Shown piece by piece: positions 1 through 9,127 of a DNA stretch of 64,000 bases. Numbering within the stretch: the stretch's first letter is position 1; every line of letters begins with the position of its first letter. This DNA is from an uncultured Mesonia sp. (GTDB lineage Bacteria > Bacteroidota > Bacteroidia > Flavobacteriales > Flavobacteriaceae): the NCBI GenBank assembly GCA_958296185.1, contig CATQIB010000010.1, positions 17,863 through 81,862 of the forward strand, read 5' to 3'. The notes beneath the pieces were generated by a model that ran no database searches, was not told where the DNA came from, and saw nothing but the letters and a program-made list of their open reading frames with translations. A program made the translations under genes and the position numbers.

Positions 1-14
1 TAAAGCTGCTTTTT

Positions 15-938
15 TTATTTTATAAAGTTCTCGAAAGAAAAATAACTGGTGTAACCCTGGCGAATGAAATAGTCTATATCTTTTGCTCTTCTTGTTGTCA
101 CCAATACAAAATCTCCTCCCCAGCCCCCTAAGCTTTTTATGGTGTGGGGGTAATCCTTAAAGCGCTCTTCCTTTACCGTTTTAATACCTAAGACCCTACT
201 TAAAACCGATTCGCTTTTTTCTAACGCAGCTTCAAAATCGGTTAGGGTTTGGGCAGTCAATAAATTTTGGGTTATCCTATTTTGTACTTCGATAAGATGG
301 GTGCGCTGGCCTTTTTTTAACTGCTGATAATGCGCAATAGCCTCCCGACTATTTTTTTTCTCATTTAAATAAACAAAAAAGAGTTGCTCCTTAAAATGGG
401 GGGTGAAGTGTATAGGTTGTACGCTCGGTTTGTAGGGACGGTTGCTTTTTTTATAAAGTATGGCTGTGTTAGCATCCGCGCAAGCGAGATCATAACCGCT
501 GCCGCCAAAAGTATTCTCGAGAAGTTCGTATGCATTTACCCCTGCCCACTTACTTAAAGCGTAAATAAGGGTAGAAGAAGAGCCCAGGCCCCAATCTTTA
601 TCAAATTCAAGCTGGCTGGTTATTTTGTAACCGCCAGTTTGTGTTAAATTTGGTTTTTTAATAAAAATGTACTCTAAGATTTCTTTTAAGCGGATTGTTT
701 CAGAGGTTGCCGGCGTTTTTTGTTCGAATAGCTGGTTATTTTTAAGCTTAAAAATAACTTCAAACCATAGGCTCTTATCGGCAAACAGGCTTTTCCATTG
801 AATTTCTGGTTCATTAATTTTTTCAAATCTAAAGATTTGACCCAATTGGGTAGGGAGTGCAAGGCTTTGAGCCCCATCTAGTACCCCATATTCGCCAGAC
901 AATAAGATTTTACCGTTTGCTATAATTTGCTGCATCAC
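15..938 (-). CDS. GHMP-family kinase, mevalonate-pathway associated (phosphomevalonate/mevalonate kinase-like)
   Basis: 307-aa ORF. N-terminal GKILLSGEYGVLDG and the GLGSSSTL GHMP ATP-binding loop. Its 5' end overlaps the 3' end of the upstream HMG-CoA reductase gene by 29 nt. Confidence 0.75.
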   Translation of the reverse strand: MMQQIIANGKILLSGEYGVLDGAQSLALPTQLGQIFRFEKINEPEIQWKSLFADKSLWFEVIFKLKNNQLFEQKTPATSETIRLKEILEYIFIKKPNLTQTGGYKITSQLEFDKDWGLGSSSTLIYALSKWAGVNAYELLENTFGGSGYDLACADANTAILYKKSNRPYKPSVQPIHFTPHFKEQLFFVYLNEKKNSREAIAHYQQLKKGQRTHLIEVQNRITQNLLTAQTLTDFEAALEKSESVLSRVLGIKTVKEERFKDYPHTIKSLGGWGGDFVLVTTRRAKDIDYFIRQGYTSYFSFENFIK

Positions 939-2235
939 GCATGGCGTTTAAGGTTTCGACTATTTGCGTATGGCTTATGGTTTTGTTCTCATACATTTTG
1001 GCAATGGTTGTTTTTTCTTCTTCGGTAGCTTGAAATTGGTTTAAGATATTCATTAAATGCATTTTCATATGGCCCTTTTGAATGCCTGTAGTGGTCAACG
1101 AGTTTAGGGCAGCAAAATTCTGTGCCAATCCGCAAACTGCCGCAATACGCATAAGTTCTTTAGCATTTGGGTTGCCCAGCATTTCTAAAGCTAATTTAAC
1201 CAGTGGATGCAATTTTGTTAAGCCGCCTACAGTACCTAAAGCCAGAGGTAAGGTCATTTCAAATATAAATTCATCATTTTCAATGCGCGCATCGCTCAAA
1301 CTTCGGTAAGTGCCTGTTCGGCTAGCGTAAGCGTGCACGCCGGCTTCAACGGCTCTAAAATCATTACCTGTGGCCAAAACCAACGCATCAATTCCGTTCA
1401 TAATTCCTTTATTGTGCGTCACAGCCCGATAAGGCTCTACTTGAGCAATTTGTACAGCTTGTACGAATTTTTGTGCATACTGTTTGGCTTTATCTTGATC
1501 TTCAGCTAGTGCCGATACTGGGCAGCTAACCTGTGCTTTGACCAGACAATTGGGTACATAATTGGATAATATACTCATTATCACTTCAAGCTTATGGGTG
1601 CTATTTGCTAATGCTGCATTCAACTCGTTTTCCCAGAGCTTAGCCATAGCTTCTAAGCAAGAATTGATGTAGTTGGCGCCCATGGCATCTAAGGTTTCAA
1701 AGCAAGCATGAATTTGATAATAATTTTCTAAGGCATCGGTTTTGTCTATTAAGTCAATTGTCGTAAGTCCGCCGCCTCTTTTTATCATATTTGCGCTTAC
1801 CTCATTGGCCGTTTGAATTAAGCTTTGTTTTAGGGCATTGAATTGTGAGAATAAAAAATCGGCTTGACCGTTAAAGGTAAAATGTATTTGTCCTACCTTT
1901 TCTGTTCCTATAATTTCGGTTTTAAACCCGCCTCTGCTTTGCCAAAATTTAGCTGCATTGCTGGCAGCAGCCACCACAGAACTTTCTTCTATGGCCATGG
2001 GCAAGCTGTAGAATTGGCCATCGATTAAAAAGTTAGGCGCCACGCCAAAGGGAATGTATAAGTTGCTAATGGTGTTTTCGGTAAATTCGTCGTGTAATTG
2101 TTGTAGTTGTTGGTTCGAATTCCAATACTGCATCAAAATTTGTTTGGCCAAATCTGCATTTTGAAAAAAATGAGTTGCTAGCCACTCGATCTTATCCTGC
2201 TTACTTAATTTAGAAAAACCTTGAATTTGCTTCAT
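910..2235 (-). CDS. hydroxymethylglutaryl-CoA reductase, class II
   Basis: 441-aa ORF of class II HMGR length. Motifs ETLDAMGANYIN and ALGTVGGLT. A TATCTTTG -7 box lies 23 nt upstream of the ATG. Confidence 0.9.
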   Translation of the reverse strand: MKQIQGFSKLSKQDKIEWLATHFFQNADLAKQILMQYWNSNQQLQQLHDEFTENTISNLYIPFGVAPNFLIDGQFYSLPMAIEESSVVAAASNAAKFWQSRGGFKTEIIGTEKVGQIHFTFNGQADFLFSQFNALKQSLIQTANEVSANMIKRGGGLTTIDLIDKTDALENYYQIHACFETLDAMGANYINSCLEAMAKLWENELNAALANSTHKLEVIMSILSNYVPNCLVKAQVSCPVSALAEDQDKAKQYAQKFVQAVQIAQVEPYRAVTHNKGIMNGIDALVLATGNDFRAVEAGVHAYASRTGTYRSLSDARIENDEFIFEMTLPLALGTVGGLTKLHPLVKLALEMLGNPNAKELMRIAAVCGLAQNFAALNSLTTTGIQKGHMKMHLMNILNQFQATEEEKTTIAKMYENKTISHTQIVETLNAMRDAANYSKR

Positions 2236-2258
2236 TATATATTTGAATTATTGCTGGG

Positions 2259-2266
2259 CAAAGATA
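2259..2266 (-). promoter_or_regulatory. Bacteroidota -7 promoter box TATCTTTG (HMG-CoA reductase operon)
   Basis: Plus strand reads caaagata. Matches TAnnTTTG on the minus strand, 23 nt upstream of the ATG at 2235. Confidence 0.55.
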
Positions 2267-2407
2267 CTAAGCTCAATTCAATTTCAAGCTAAGAAGATGC
2301 TGAAGCTAGTTTTTTGCTTAACATAATCTTAGTATTTAACAACAAAAAGCCGTTAAAATCCGTTAATTTTTAGTAAACTTGGATTCGAAAAAAATGAAAT
2401 ATAGATT

Positions 2408-4591
2408 ATGAGATTTTTTAGGCCTTTCGCGCTAGTTTTTTTTATGGGTATTTATTTGGTAAGTGCTCAAAATAAGCAAGTTACTTTAGAACAGATTTGG
2501 GGAGGGGCTTTTAGTCCGTCCTACATGCAATCTTTAACTTCATTAAACAACGGGAAAGAATATGTTGTGCAACATTACGATCGCAGTAACCAAAATATGC
2601 GAGTTGATGCCTATAGTTATGAAACGGGGGAGCAAACGAGAAATATTTTATCTTCAAATAAAATCAAACAACTTAATTATTTTGAGACCTATCAGTTAAG
2701 TCCGAATGAAAATTTCGCGCTTTTAGGGGTAAATACAGAAGCGATTTATAGACGTTCTACACGCGCCATTTACTTTGTTTACAATGTAAATAATGGTGAG
2801 AATATTATGTTAGCTGCTCACCCAGTTCAAGAGCCACAGTTTTCGCCAGACGAAACCAAAGTGGCCTATGTATACGAAAACAATATTTATGTTAAAGATT
2901 TAGCTTCTGGAACCACCACTCAGTTGACGCAAGATGGTAAAAAGAATGAAGTGATAAACGGGATCACCGATTGGGTTTACGAAGAAGAGTTTGCTTTTGT
3001 TCGCGCATTTGATTGGAGTGCAGATGCCTCTAAGATAGCTTACTTGAAGTTTGATGAAACCCGTGTTCCGGAGTTTTCAATGGATATCTATGGGAGTTAT
3101 AACAATCAATTATATCCTAGTCAACAGGTGTTTAAATACCCTAAAGCGGGTGATGACAATGCCAAAGTGAGTTTGCATATTTTTGATTTAAATCAGAAAG
3201 AAAATAAGGCCGTTAAACTGCCAAAAAATTATGAGTATTTGCCGCGTATAAAATGGACGAAAGACAAAGATATTTTAAGTGTACAGGCCTTGAACAGACA
3301 TCAAAATGAATTGGATTTATTGTTTGTAGATGCTACTTCGCTTGAAGCGGATGTAATTCTAGAGGAACGTGACGAGGCGTATGTAGATGTAACCGATAAC
3401 CTTACTTTTTTAAACAACAATAGCTTTATCTGGACAAGTGAAAAAGACGGCTATAATCATATATATCATTATAGCAAAAAGGGTAAGTTAATCAACCAAG
3501 TAACTCAAGGTGATTGGGAGGTGACGGCATTTTACGGATTTGATCCCAATACGGGAAGAGTCTTTTTTCAGAGTACAGAGAACGGTAGCGTAAACCGTGA
3601 TGTTTATAGCATTTTGGCTAATGGAAAAAATAAGCTGCGTTTAACGCCTAAAACCGGGACCAATAAAGCAGACTTTAGTGCAGATTATAGTTATTTTATC
3701 AATGATTATTCAAGTGTTAATACGCCTAGCGTTTACACTTTGCATCAAGCTAAAAATGGCAAGTTGGTACGTAAAATACAAGACAATAGTGCTTTAGCAG
3801 AAAAAGTAAAAGACTACGGTTTTTCTCCAAAAGAATTAAGCACCATCCGTGTAAACGGCGAAGATTTAAATATGTACATGATTAAACCTCAAGATTTCGA
3901 TGAGAATAAAAAATACCCGATGCTGATGTATCAATATTCAGGACCCGGATCGCAATCTGTTGCTAACACTTACTTTTCAACTAATGATTACTGGTACCAA
4001 TTATTGGCCAACCAAGGTTATATAGTTGTTACTGTTGATGGTCGAGGTACAGGGTTTAAAGGTGCTCAGTTTAAGAAAGTCACCCAAAAAGAATTGGGTA
4101 AATATGAATTAGAAGATCAAATCGCTGCTGCAAAATTATTGGGGGAGCGTGATTATATAGACGAAGATCGTATTGGAATATGGGGTTGGAGTTTTGGGGG
4201 GTATATGTCTTCAAATGCAATTTTTAGGGCAGGAGATGTATTCAATTTAGCCATCGCTGTAGCACCCGTTACAAGCTGGCGTTTTTATGATACTATATAT
4301 ACAGAGCGTTACATGACTACACCTCAAGAGAATCCTACGGGTTACGATGATAATTCGCCCATTACGCATGTAAGCAAATTTGACGATACCAATCACTTTT
4401 TACTTATTCATGGTAGTGCAGATGATAATGTTCACGTACAAAATACCATGCAATTAATCGAAGCTTTGGTGCAGGAAAACAAGCAATTTGATTGGCGCAT
4501 TTATCCCGATAAGAACCATGGAATTTACGGAGGTAATACCCGCTTGCACTTGTATACATTAATGACAAATTATATCTTAAAAAACTTATAA
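2408..4591 (+). CDS. dipeptidyl-peptidase IV (S9B family serine peptidase), secreted
   Basis: 727 aa with a signal peptide (FFMGIYLVSAQ). N-terminal beta-propeller-type region. Catalytic triad context GWSFGGYM (Ser), GSADDNVH (Asp), DKNHGI (His). Confidence 0.9.
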   Translation: MRFFRPFALVFFMGIYLVSAQNKQVTLEQIWGGAFSPSYMQSLTSLNNGKEYVVQHYDRSNQNMRVDAYSYETGEQTRNILSSNKIKQLNYFETYQLSPNENFALLGVNTEAIYRRSTRAIYFVYNVNNGENIMLAAHPVQEPQFSPDETKVAYVYENNIYVKDLASGTTTQLTQDGKKNEVINGITDWVYEEEFAFVRAFDWSADASKIAYLKFDETRVPEFSMDIYGSYNNQLYPSQQVFKYPKAGDDNAKVSLHIFDLNQKENKAVKLPKNYEYLPRIKWTKDKDILSVQALNRHQNELDLLFVDATSLEADVILEERDEAYVDVTDNLTFLNNNSFIWTSEKDGYNHIYHYSKKGKLINQVTQGDWEVTAFYGFDPNTGRVFFQSTENGSVNRDVYSILANGKNKLRLTPKTGTNKADFSADYSYFINDYSSVNTPSVYTLHQAKNGKLVRKIQDNSALAEKVKDYGFSPKELSTIRVNGEDLNMYMIKPQDFDENKKYPMLMYQYSGPGSQSVANTYFSTNDYWYQLLANQGYIVVTVDGRGTGFKGAQFKKVTQKELGKYELEDQIAAAKLLGERDYIDEDRIGIWGWSFGGYMSSNAIFRAGDVFNLAIAVAPVTSWRFYDTIYTERYMTTPQENPTGYDDNSPITHVSKFDDTNHFLLIHGSADDNVHVQNTMQLIEALVQENKQFDWRIYPDKNHGIYGGNTRLHLYTLMTNYILKNL

Positions 4592-4607
4592 ATCAACCTT
4601 TACATAA

Positions 4608-6422
4608 ATGGCAGCAATAACGAGAGAAAGAAGAGAAATTTTTGGACATCCAGTAGGACTTTTTATTTTGTTTTTCACCGAAATGTGGGAGCGTTTCTCC
4701 TACTATGGAATGCGGGGTATTTTAACCTTGTATATTGCGGCCTCGGCCACAGCGGTAGATCCGGGTTTGGGATGGAGTAGTAAAGATGCCATTTGGCTGT
4801 ATGGTTGGTATACTATGTTGGTATATGTTGCTTCAATTCCTGGAGGTTGGATTGCCGATAAATTTTTAGGCCAAAAGAAAACGGTAATGTGGGGAGGTAT
4901 ACTGCTGTGTTTAGGGCATGGTATTTTAGCGATTCCCCAAGACTGGGCATTTTTTACCGGTTTACTGCTTATTGTGTTGGGAGTAGGAGGACTTAAGCCA
5001 AATATTTCAACAATGGTAGGTGGTCTCTATGAAGAGGGTGACATTAGAAGAGATAGTGGTTTTACTATTTTTTATATTGGTATTAACATCGGTGCGTTTT
5101 TAGCTAGTATAAGTGTAGGTTTGGTGGCCTATTATTACGGATGGCACTATGGATTTGGTCTAGCTGGTATAGGAATGTTGTTAGGTCAAGCCGTTTATAT
5201 TTGGGGACAAAAGTTTTTAAAAGGTGTTGGAGAATTTAGTGGAGGCTCTTTGGTAAGTGCCGAAGAAAAAGAAGCAGCCAATAGACCACTAACTAAAATA
5301 GAGAAAGATCGAGTAATCGTCTTATTCATTTCTTTCTTGATTGTTATTGTTTTTTGGGGTGCCTTTGAACAAGCTGGTGGATTAATGAACTTGTACACCG
5401 ATGCTAAAATAGATAGAAGCATTGGTTTAAGTTGGTTAGAAGAGATTCCAGCTGCTGTTTTTCAATCGCTTAACGCCGCTTACATCATTATTTTTGGAAC
5501 CGCAATTGGAGCCTTCTGGGTATGGTGGAAAAAGAAAGGTAGAGAGTCTTCTTCACTTTTTAAAATGGCCATAGGTACTATTATTATGGGACTTGGATAT
5601 GTATTCATGATGTTTGCATCACAAGAAGCCAGTCAAGAGACTTTTGGTAAAGCAGCTATGTTTTGGATTTTCTTGGCTTACTTATTTCACACTATTGGTG
5701 AATTGAGTACATCTCCTGTAGCCTTATCGTTTATCACTAAACTTGCACCGCTTAAATACGCTTCGATAATGATGGGAGTTTATTTTGCAGCCACTGGTTT
5801 TGGTAATAAATTGGCAGGAAGCATTGGGGAGTCTGCTCAGTTAGAGCCCTATTCGGGAACGATGCTATACAACAAAGAACAGATTATTCCTTTTATGTCA
5901 AAAGATAGCATTGAGATTAAAAACGAACAAAATAAAGTGGTTACGGTATATGATTATCCGATAAACCAAGACAAAAATTTCACCCTTAAATCAACCGTTT
6001 TCCTAGAAAATGATCAGGTAAAATTTAAGCAATACCAAGCAGAAGAAACCTTAAACCCAATTTTTGATTTGGATGATGAGGCGGTGAATAAGCTTAAAAC
6101 AACACTTCAAGAAAATCAAGTAACAGCAGAAAATCCTTATCACGCGGCCTTAACATTTGAGAAAGATCCAGATGCTGCGCAGCAAGTTGAAAATAAGGGA
6201 GATGGTAAAAACTACCAGGTTTCTTTTGTTTTGAGCGAGGAGCAGAACGAACAAGAATACAATACCTTTTTGTTTTTGACTATTTTTACAGTGGCCTTCG
6301 GATTTTTAGTAATCCTATTTTTGAAGAAACTGAAGAAATTAACCCACGGAGCAGAAGATAAAGAAGTAGAAAAATTAGAACAAGAGGGCTACGAAATAGC
6401 CGATACAGAAATAAAAGAATAA
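4608..6422 (+). CDS. POT/PTR2 family di-/tripeptide:proton symporter (paralog 1)
   Basis: 604 aa and polytopic. FTEMWERFSYYGMR PTR2 signature. Starts 16 nt after the DPP-IV stop. A hydrophilic insert of about 145 aa precedes the last TM helix. Confidence 0.9.
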   Translation: MAAITRERREIFGHPVGLFILFFTEMWERFSYYGMRGILTLYIAASATAVDPGLGWSSKDAIWLYGWYTMLVYVASIPGGWIADKFLGQKKTVMWGGILLCLGHGILAIPQDWAFFTGLLLIVLGVGGLKPNISTMVGGLYEEGDIRRDSGFTIFYIGINIGAFLASISVGLVAYYYGWHYGFGLAGIGMLLGQAVYIWGQKFLKGVGEFSGGSLVSAEEKEAANRPLTKIEKDRVIVLFISFLIVIVFWGAFEQAGGLMNLYTDAKIDRSIGLSWLEEIPAAVFQSLNAAYIIIFGTAIGAFWVWWKKKGRESSSLFKMAIGTIIMGLGYVFMMFASQEASQETFGKAAMFWIFLAYLFHTIGELSTSPVALSFITKLAPLKYASIMMGVYFAATGFGNKLAGSIGESAQLEPYSGTMLYNKEQIIPFMSKDSIEIKNEQNKVVTVYDYPINQDKNFTLKSTVFLENDQVKFKQYQAEETLNPIFDLDDEAVNKLKTTLQENQVTAENPYHAALTFEKDPDAAQQVENKGDGKNYQVSFVLSEEQNEQEYNTFLFLTIFTVAFGFLVILFLKKLKKLTHGAEDKEVEKLEQEGYEIADTEIKE

Positions 6423-6433
6423 TTTAAACACCT

Positions 6434-8542
6434 ATGTCAGCAATTAGTGATACTCAACACAGTGAGTTTTTTAAGAGTAAAGTTTTAGGCCATCCAGCCG
6501 GTTTATTTGTATTATTTTTCACAGAAATGTGGGAACGCTTCTCTTTTTACGGGATGCGAGTATTATTGATTAACTTCTTAACCATGGCCGCCATTGGTTA
6601 TAATCCTGGCTGGGAGTGGACTACCGAAAATGCTGGAGCGCTTTTTGGTACCTATGCCATGTTGCTTTATATCACGCCAATTATTGGTGGAGTTATAGCC
6701 GATAAATTTACAGGTTATAGATGGGCAGTAGTTATTGGTGCAGTAATAATGACTTTAGGACATGCCGCAATGGCCGTTGAAACTGAGTTTTGGTTATACA
6801 TAGGATTAGCTTTACTGGTTATTGGTACTGGTTTCTTTAAGCCTACAATGACCTCAATAATTTCCGAAATGTATAAAGATTTACCTAAGAAAAAAGATGG
6901 TGCTTATACCATTTTCTATATGGGTGTAAATGCAGGTGCATTTTTCGGAATGATGCTTTGTGGTTACTTGGCTGAGCGTGTAGGCTGGTCTTGGGGATTT
7001 GGTCTAGCCGGAGTTTTCATGCTTTTAGGGACGCTTCAATTTTGGTTAGCTAAACCATTATTCGGGAAAATAGGAGATGTGCCTTCTAAAGAAGAGCAAA
7101 ACGTTCAGCAGGAAGTAGAAAGTGACGGAGAACCAGTAAAATACAATCCGTTTACCAATCTAGATAAAATTTTAATAGTTATTACCTCTATAATAGGTTT
7201 AGCATACGCCATCAATGATCCGCTTTCTAAAATCGCTGATATCAATTTGTTTCCATTTGAGATGTTTGGAATGGAAGGGCAGTATGTAGTAGTACTATTT
7301 GGTTTGGTGCTCTTTTTATATTTGACTTTAGGGCGTATAAACAGATATGCGACCGTCGTGCGTAATAGAATGTACGCTGTTATTGTATTCGCATTCTTTA
7401 CCGTTCTCTTTTTCTTAGGTTTTGAGCAGGGTGCTACCTCTTTGGTTCTTTTTGCTCGTGATTATATAGATCGAGAACTCATTGGCAATGCAGCCATTAC
7501 TTTTAACATTGTAAACGCATTATTAACCATAGTTCCATTAGCTATAATTACCTATGTTTTGGTGCTTCTAGCGAAACAGACCTTCGCAAAAATTCCTGGA
7601 TCAAATATTGTTCTAGCGGTTTGTTTTGTCGGAATATGGGGAGTGGTTATTTATATGTTAAACAGAGATTTTAATACTACTGCCTATGAAGTAGAGTTTC
7701 AAGCTCAGAAGGTCGCGGTTATAGATGAAGAAACCAATGAGCCTAAATTGGCCAAGAATGGTGAGTTAATTTTTATGGAAACACCAATCTCTGTTGATCA
7801 AGATATTTCCCAAATTGAAAATGATATTATCACTAAAAAAGTGGTGATAGGTGAGGCTTTTAGTGATTTTAAAGAAGGACAAGAAATCAATATCATTACC
7901 AAGGATGAAAATTTCGCAAAGTTTGGCTATTTAACTCCAGAAAGATTAGAAGCCGCTAAGAAAAATGCCGAAAACTTAGGTCGAGATAGTGGCGTGGTTC
8001 AAGCTAAAGTTACACAGGTTAAAAATCACTGGGTTGAGATTACTGCTTCTTGGTTTAGTATTTTAAATTCATTCTTTATCATTGCGTTTGCAAGTTTATT
8101 CTCTAAATGGTGGGAAAGCAAATACAACCCTTCTGCACCACAGAAATATGGTATAGGCCTTATCCTATTGGCACTAGGTTTTGGTATGCTTGCTTTTGGT
8201 ACCTTTGGAGTAGAAGATGGGGTTAAAGTTAGTATGATCTGGTTAATTTTGGCTTATCTCTTTCATACCTTTGGAGAGCTCTGTATTTCACCTGTAGGTT
8301 TATCATACGTCTCCAAATTAGTTCCTGCCCGTATGATTGCTTTTATGTTTGGTATGTGGTACTTGGCAATTGCAATAGGTAATAAATTTGCCGCCGTATT
8401 GGGTGGGCAACTAGAGAATATTAGAGAAGAATATTCACTAACTACCTTTTTCTTGATTTTTACAGTGGTTCCTATCGCTGCTGGTCTATTGATAATCGCG
8501 GTGAACAAACCTATTAAAAAGTTAATGAAAGGGGTAGATTAA
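6434..8542 (+). CDS. POT/PTR2 family di-/tripeptide:proton symporter (paralog 2)
   Basis: 702 aa. FTEMWERFSFYGMR signature. Starts 11 nt after paralog 1. Contains a hydrophilic insert of about 125 aa plus extra TM segments in the C-terminal half. Confidence 0.9.
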   Translation: MSAISDTQHSEFFKSKVLGHPAGLFVLFFTEMWERFSFYGMRVLLINFLTMAAIGYNPGWEWTTENAGALFGTYAMLLYITPIIGGVIADKFTGYRWAVVIGAVIMTLGHAAMAVETEFWLYIGLALLVIGTGFFKPTMTSIISEMYKDLPKKKDGAYTIFYMGVNAGAFFGMMLCGYLAERVGWSWGFGLAGVFMLLGTLQFWLAKPLFGKIGDVPSKEEQNVQQEVESDGEPVKYNPFTNLDKILIVITSIIGLAYAINDPLSKIADINLFPFEMFGMEGQYVVVLFGLVLFLYLTLGRINRYATVVRNRMYAVIVFAFFTVLFFLGFEQGATSLVLFARDYIDRELIGNAAITFNIVNALLTIVPLAIITYVLVLLAKQTFAKIPGSNIVLAVCFVGIWGVVIYMLNRDFNTTAYEVEFQAQKVAVIDEETNEPKLAKNGELIFMETPISVDQDISQIENDIITKKVVIGEAFSDFKEGQEINIITKDENFAKFGYLTPERLEAAKKNAENLGRDSGVVQAKVTQVKNHWVEITASWFSILNSFFIIAFASLFSKWWESKYNPSAPQKYGIGLILLALGFGMLAFGTFGVEDGVKVSMIWLILAYLFHTFGELCISPVGLSYVSKLVPARMIAFMFGMWYLAIAIGNKFAAVLGGQLENIREEYSLTTFFLIFTVVPIAAGLLIIAVNKPIKKLMKGVD

Positions 8543-8587
8543 AAAAGTGGAACAATAATTGTTTCTTAATGCATTAAAATTTATCGT

Positions 8588-9127
8588 ATGAAAAAAATAA
8601 TAGGGGCGCTAGTTTTATTACTTAGTTTTAGCACGCAAGCCCAAGAAATCAATTGGATGACCATGAATGAAGCTTTAGAAGCTCAAAAAGAAAATCCAAA
8701 GAAGATCTTTATGGATGTTTATACCGATTGGTGTGGACCTTGTAAATTGCTAGATAAAAACACATTTAGTAATAAGCAAGTTGCGCAGTATGTGAATAAA
8801 CATTTTTATCCGGTGAAGTTTAATGCAGAGGGAACAGAGGAAGTAACCTATAAAGATTTCACCTATACAAACCCAAAATATAAGCCGGGAAGAAAAGGTA
8901 GAAATAGTCAGCATCTTTTTGCTCACGCTCTTAAAATTACAGCTTACCCTAGTATGGTCTTCTTTGATGAAAAAGGAGAAGTTATTTCTCCAGTAGCGGG
9001 ATATCATACCCCTTCTCAGCTTGAGATTTATTTAAAGATGATTGCCAACGACGATTACAAAAATTTAAAAACGAGCGAGGCCTGGGCAAGTTATCAAAAA
9101 AACTTTAAGGGAGAATTTAAAGATTAA
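8588..9127 (+). CDS. thioredoxin-fold protein, secreted
   Basis: 179 aa with a signal peptide (LLLSFSTQAQ) and a canonical WCGPC redox motif. Confidence 0.85.
   Translation: MKKIIGALVLLLSFSTQAQEINWMTMNEALEAQKENPKKIFMDVYTDWCGPCKLLDKNTFSNKQVAQYVNKHFYPVKFNAEGTEEVTYKDFTYTNPKYKPGRKGRNSQHLFAHALKITAYPSMVFFDEKGEVISPVAGYHTPSQLEIYLKMIANDDYKNLKTSEAWASYQKNFKGEFKD

Noticed and set aside
1082-1309. Many short ORFs in the track lie antisense to or nested within long conserved genes. Examples are 686-877, 1082-1309, 5195-5422, 8263-8508, 8750-9007, 12213-12566, 13090-13420, 17855-18133, 24150-24362, 25079-25366, 26350-27139, 41912-42106, 52053-52274, 53157-53468, 53458-53664, 54446-54757 and 63786-63968.
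   Set aside because: They overlap well-supported genes on the opposite strand or in another frame. Their composition is low-complexity or implausible, and they lack promoter boxes. I treat them as shadow ORFs.
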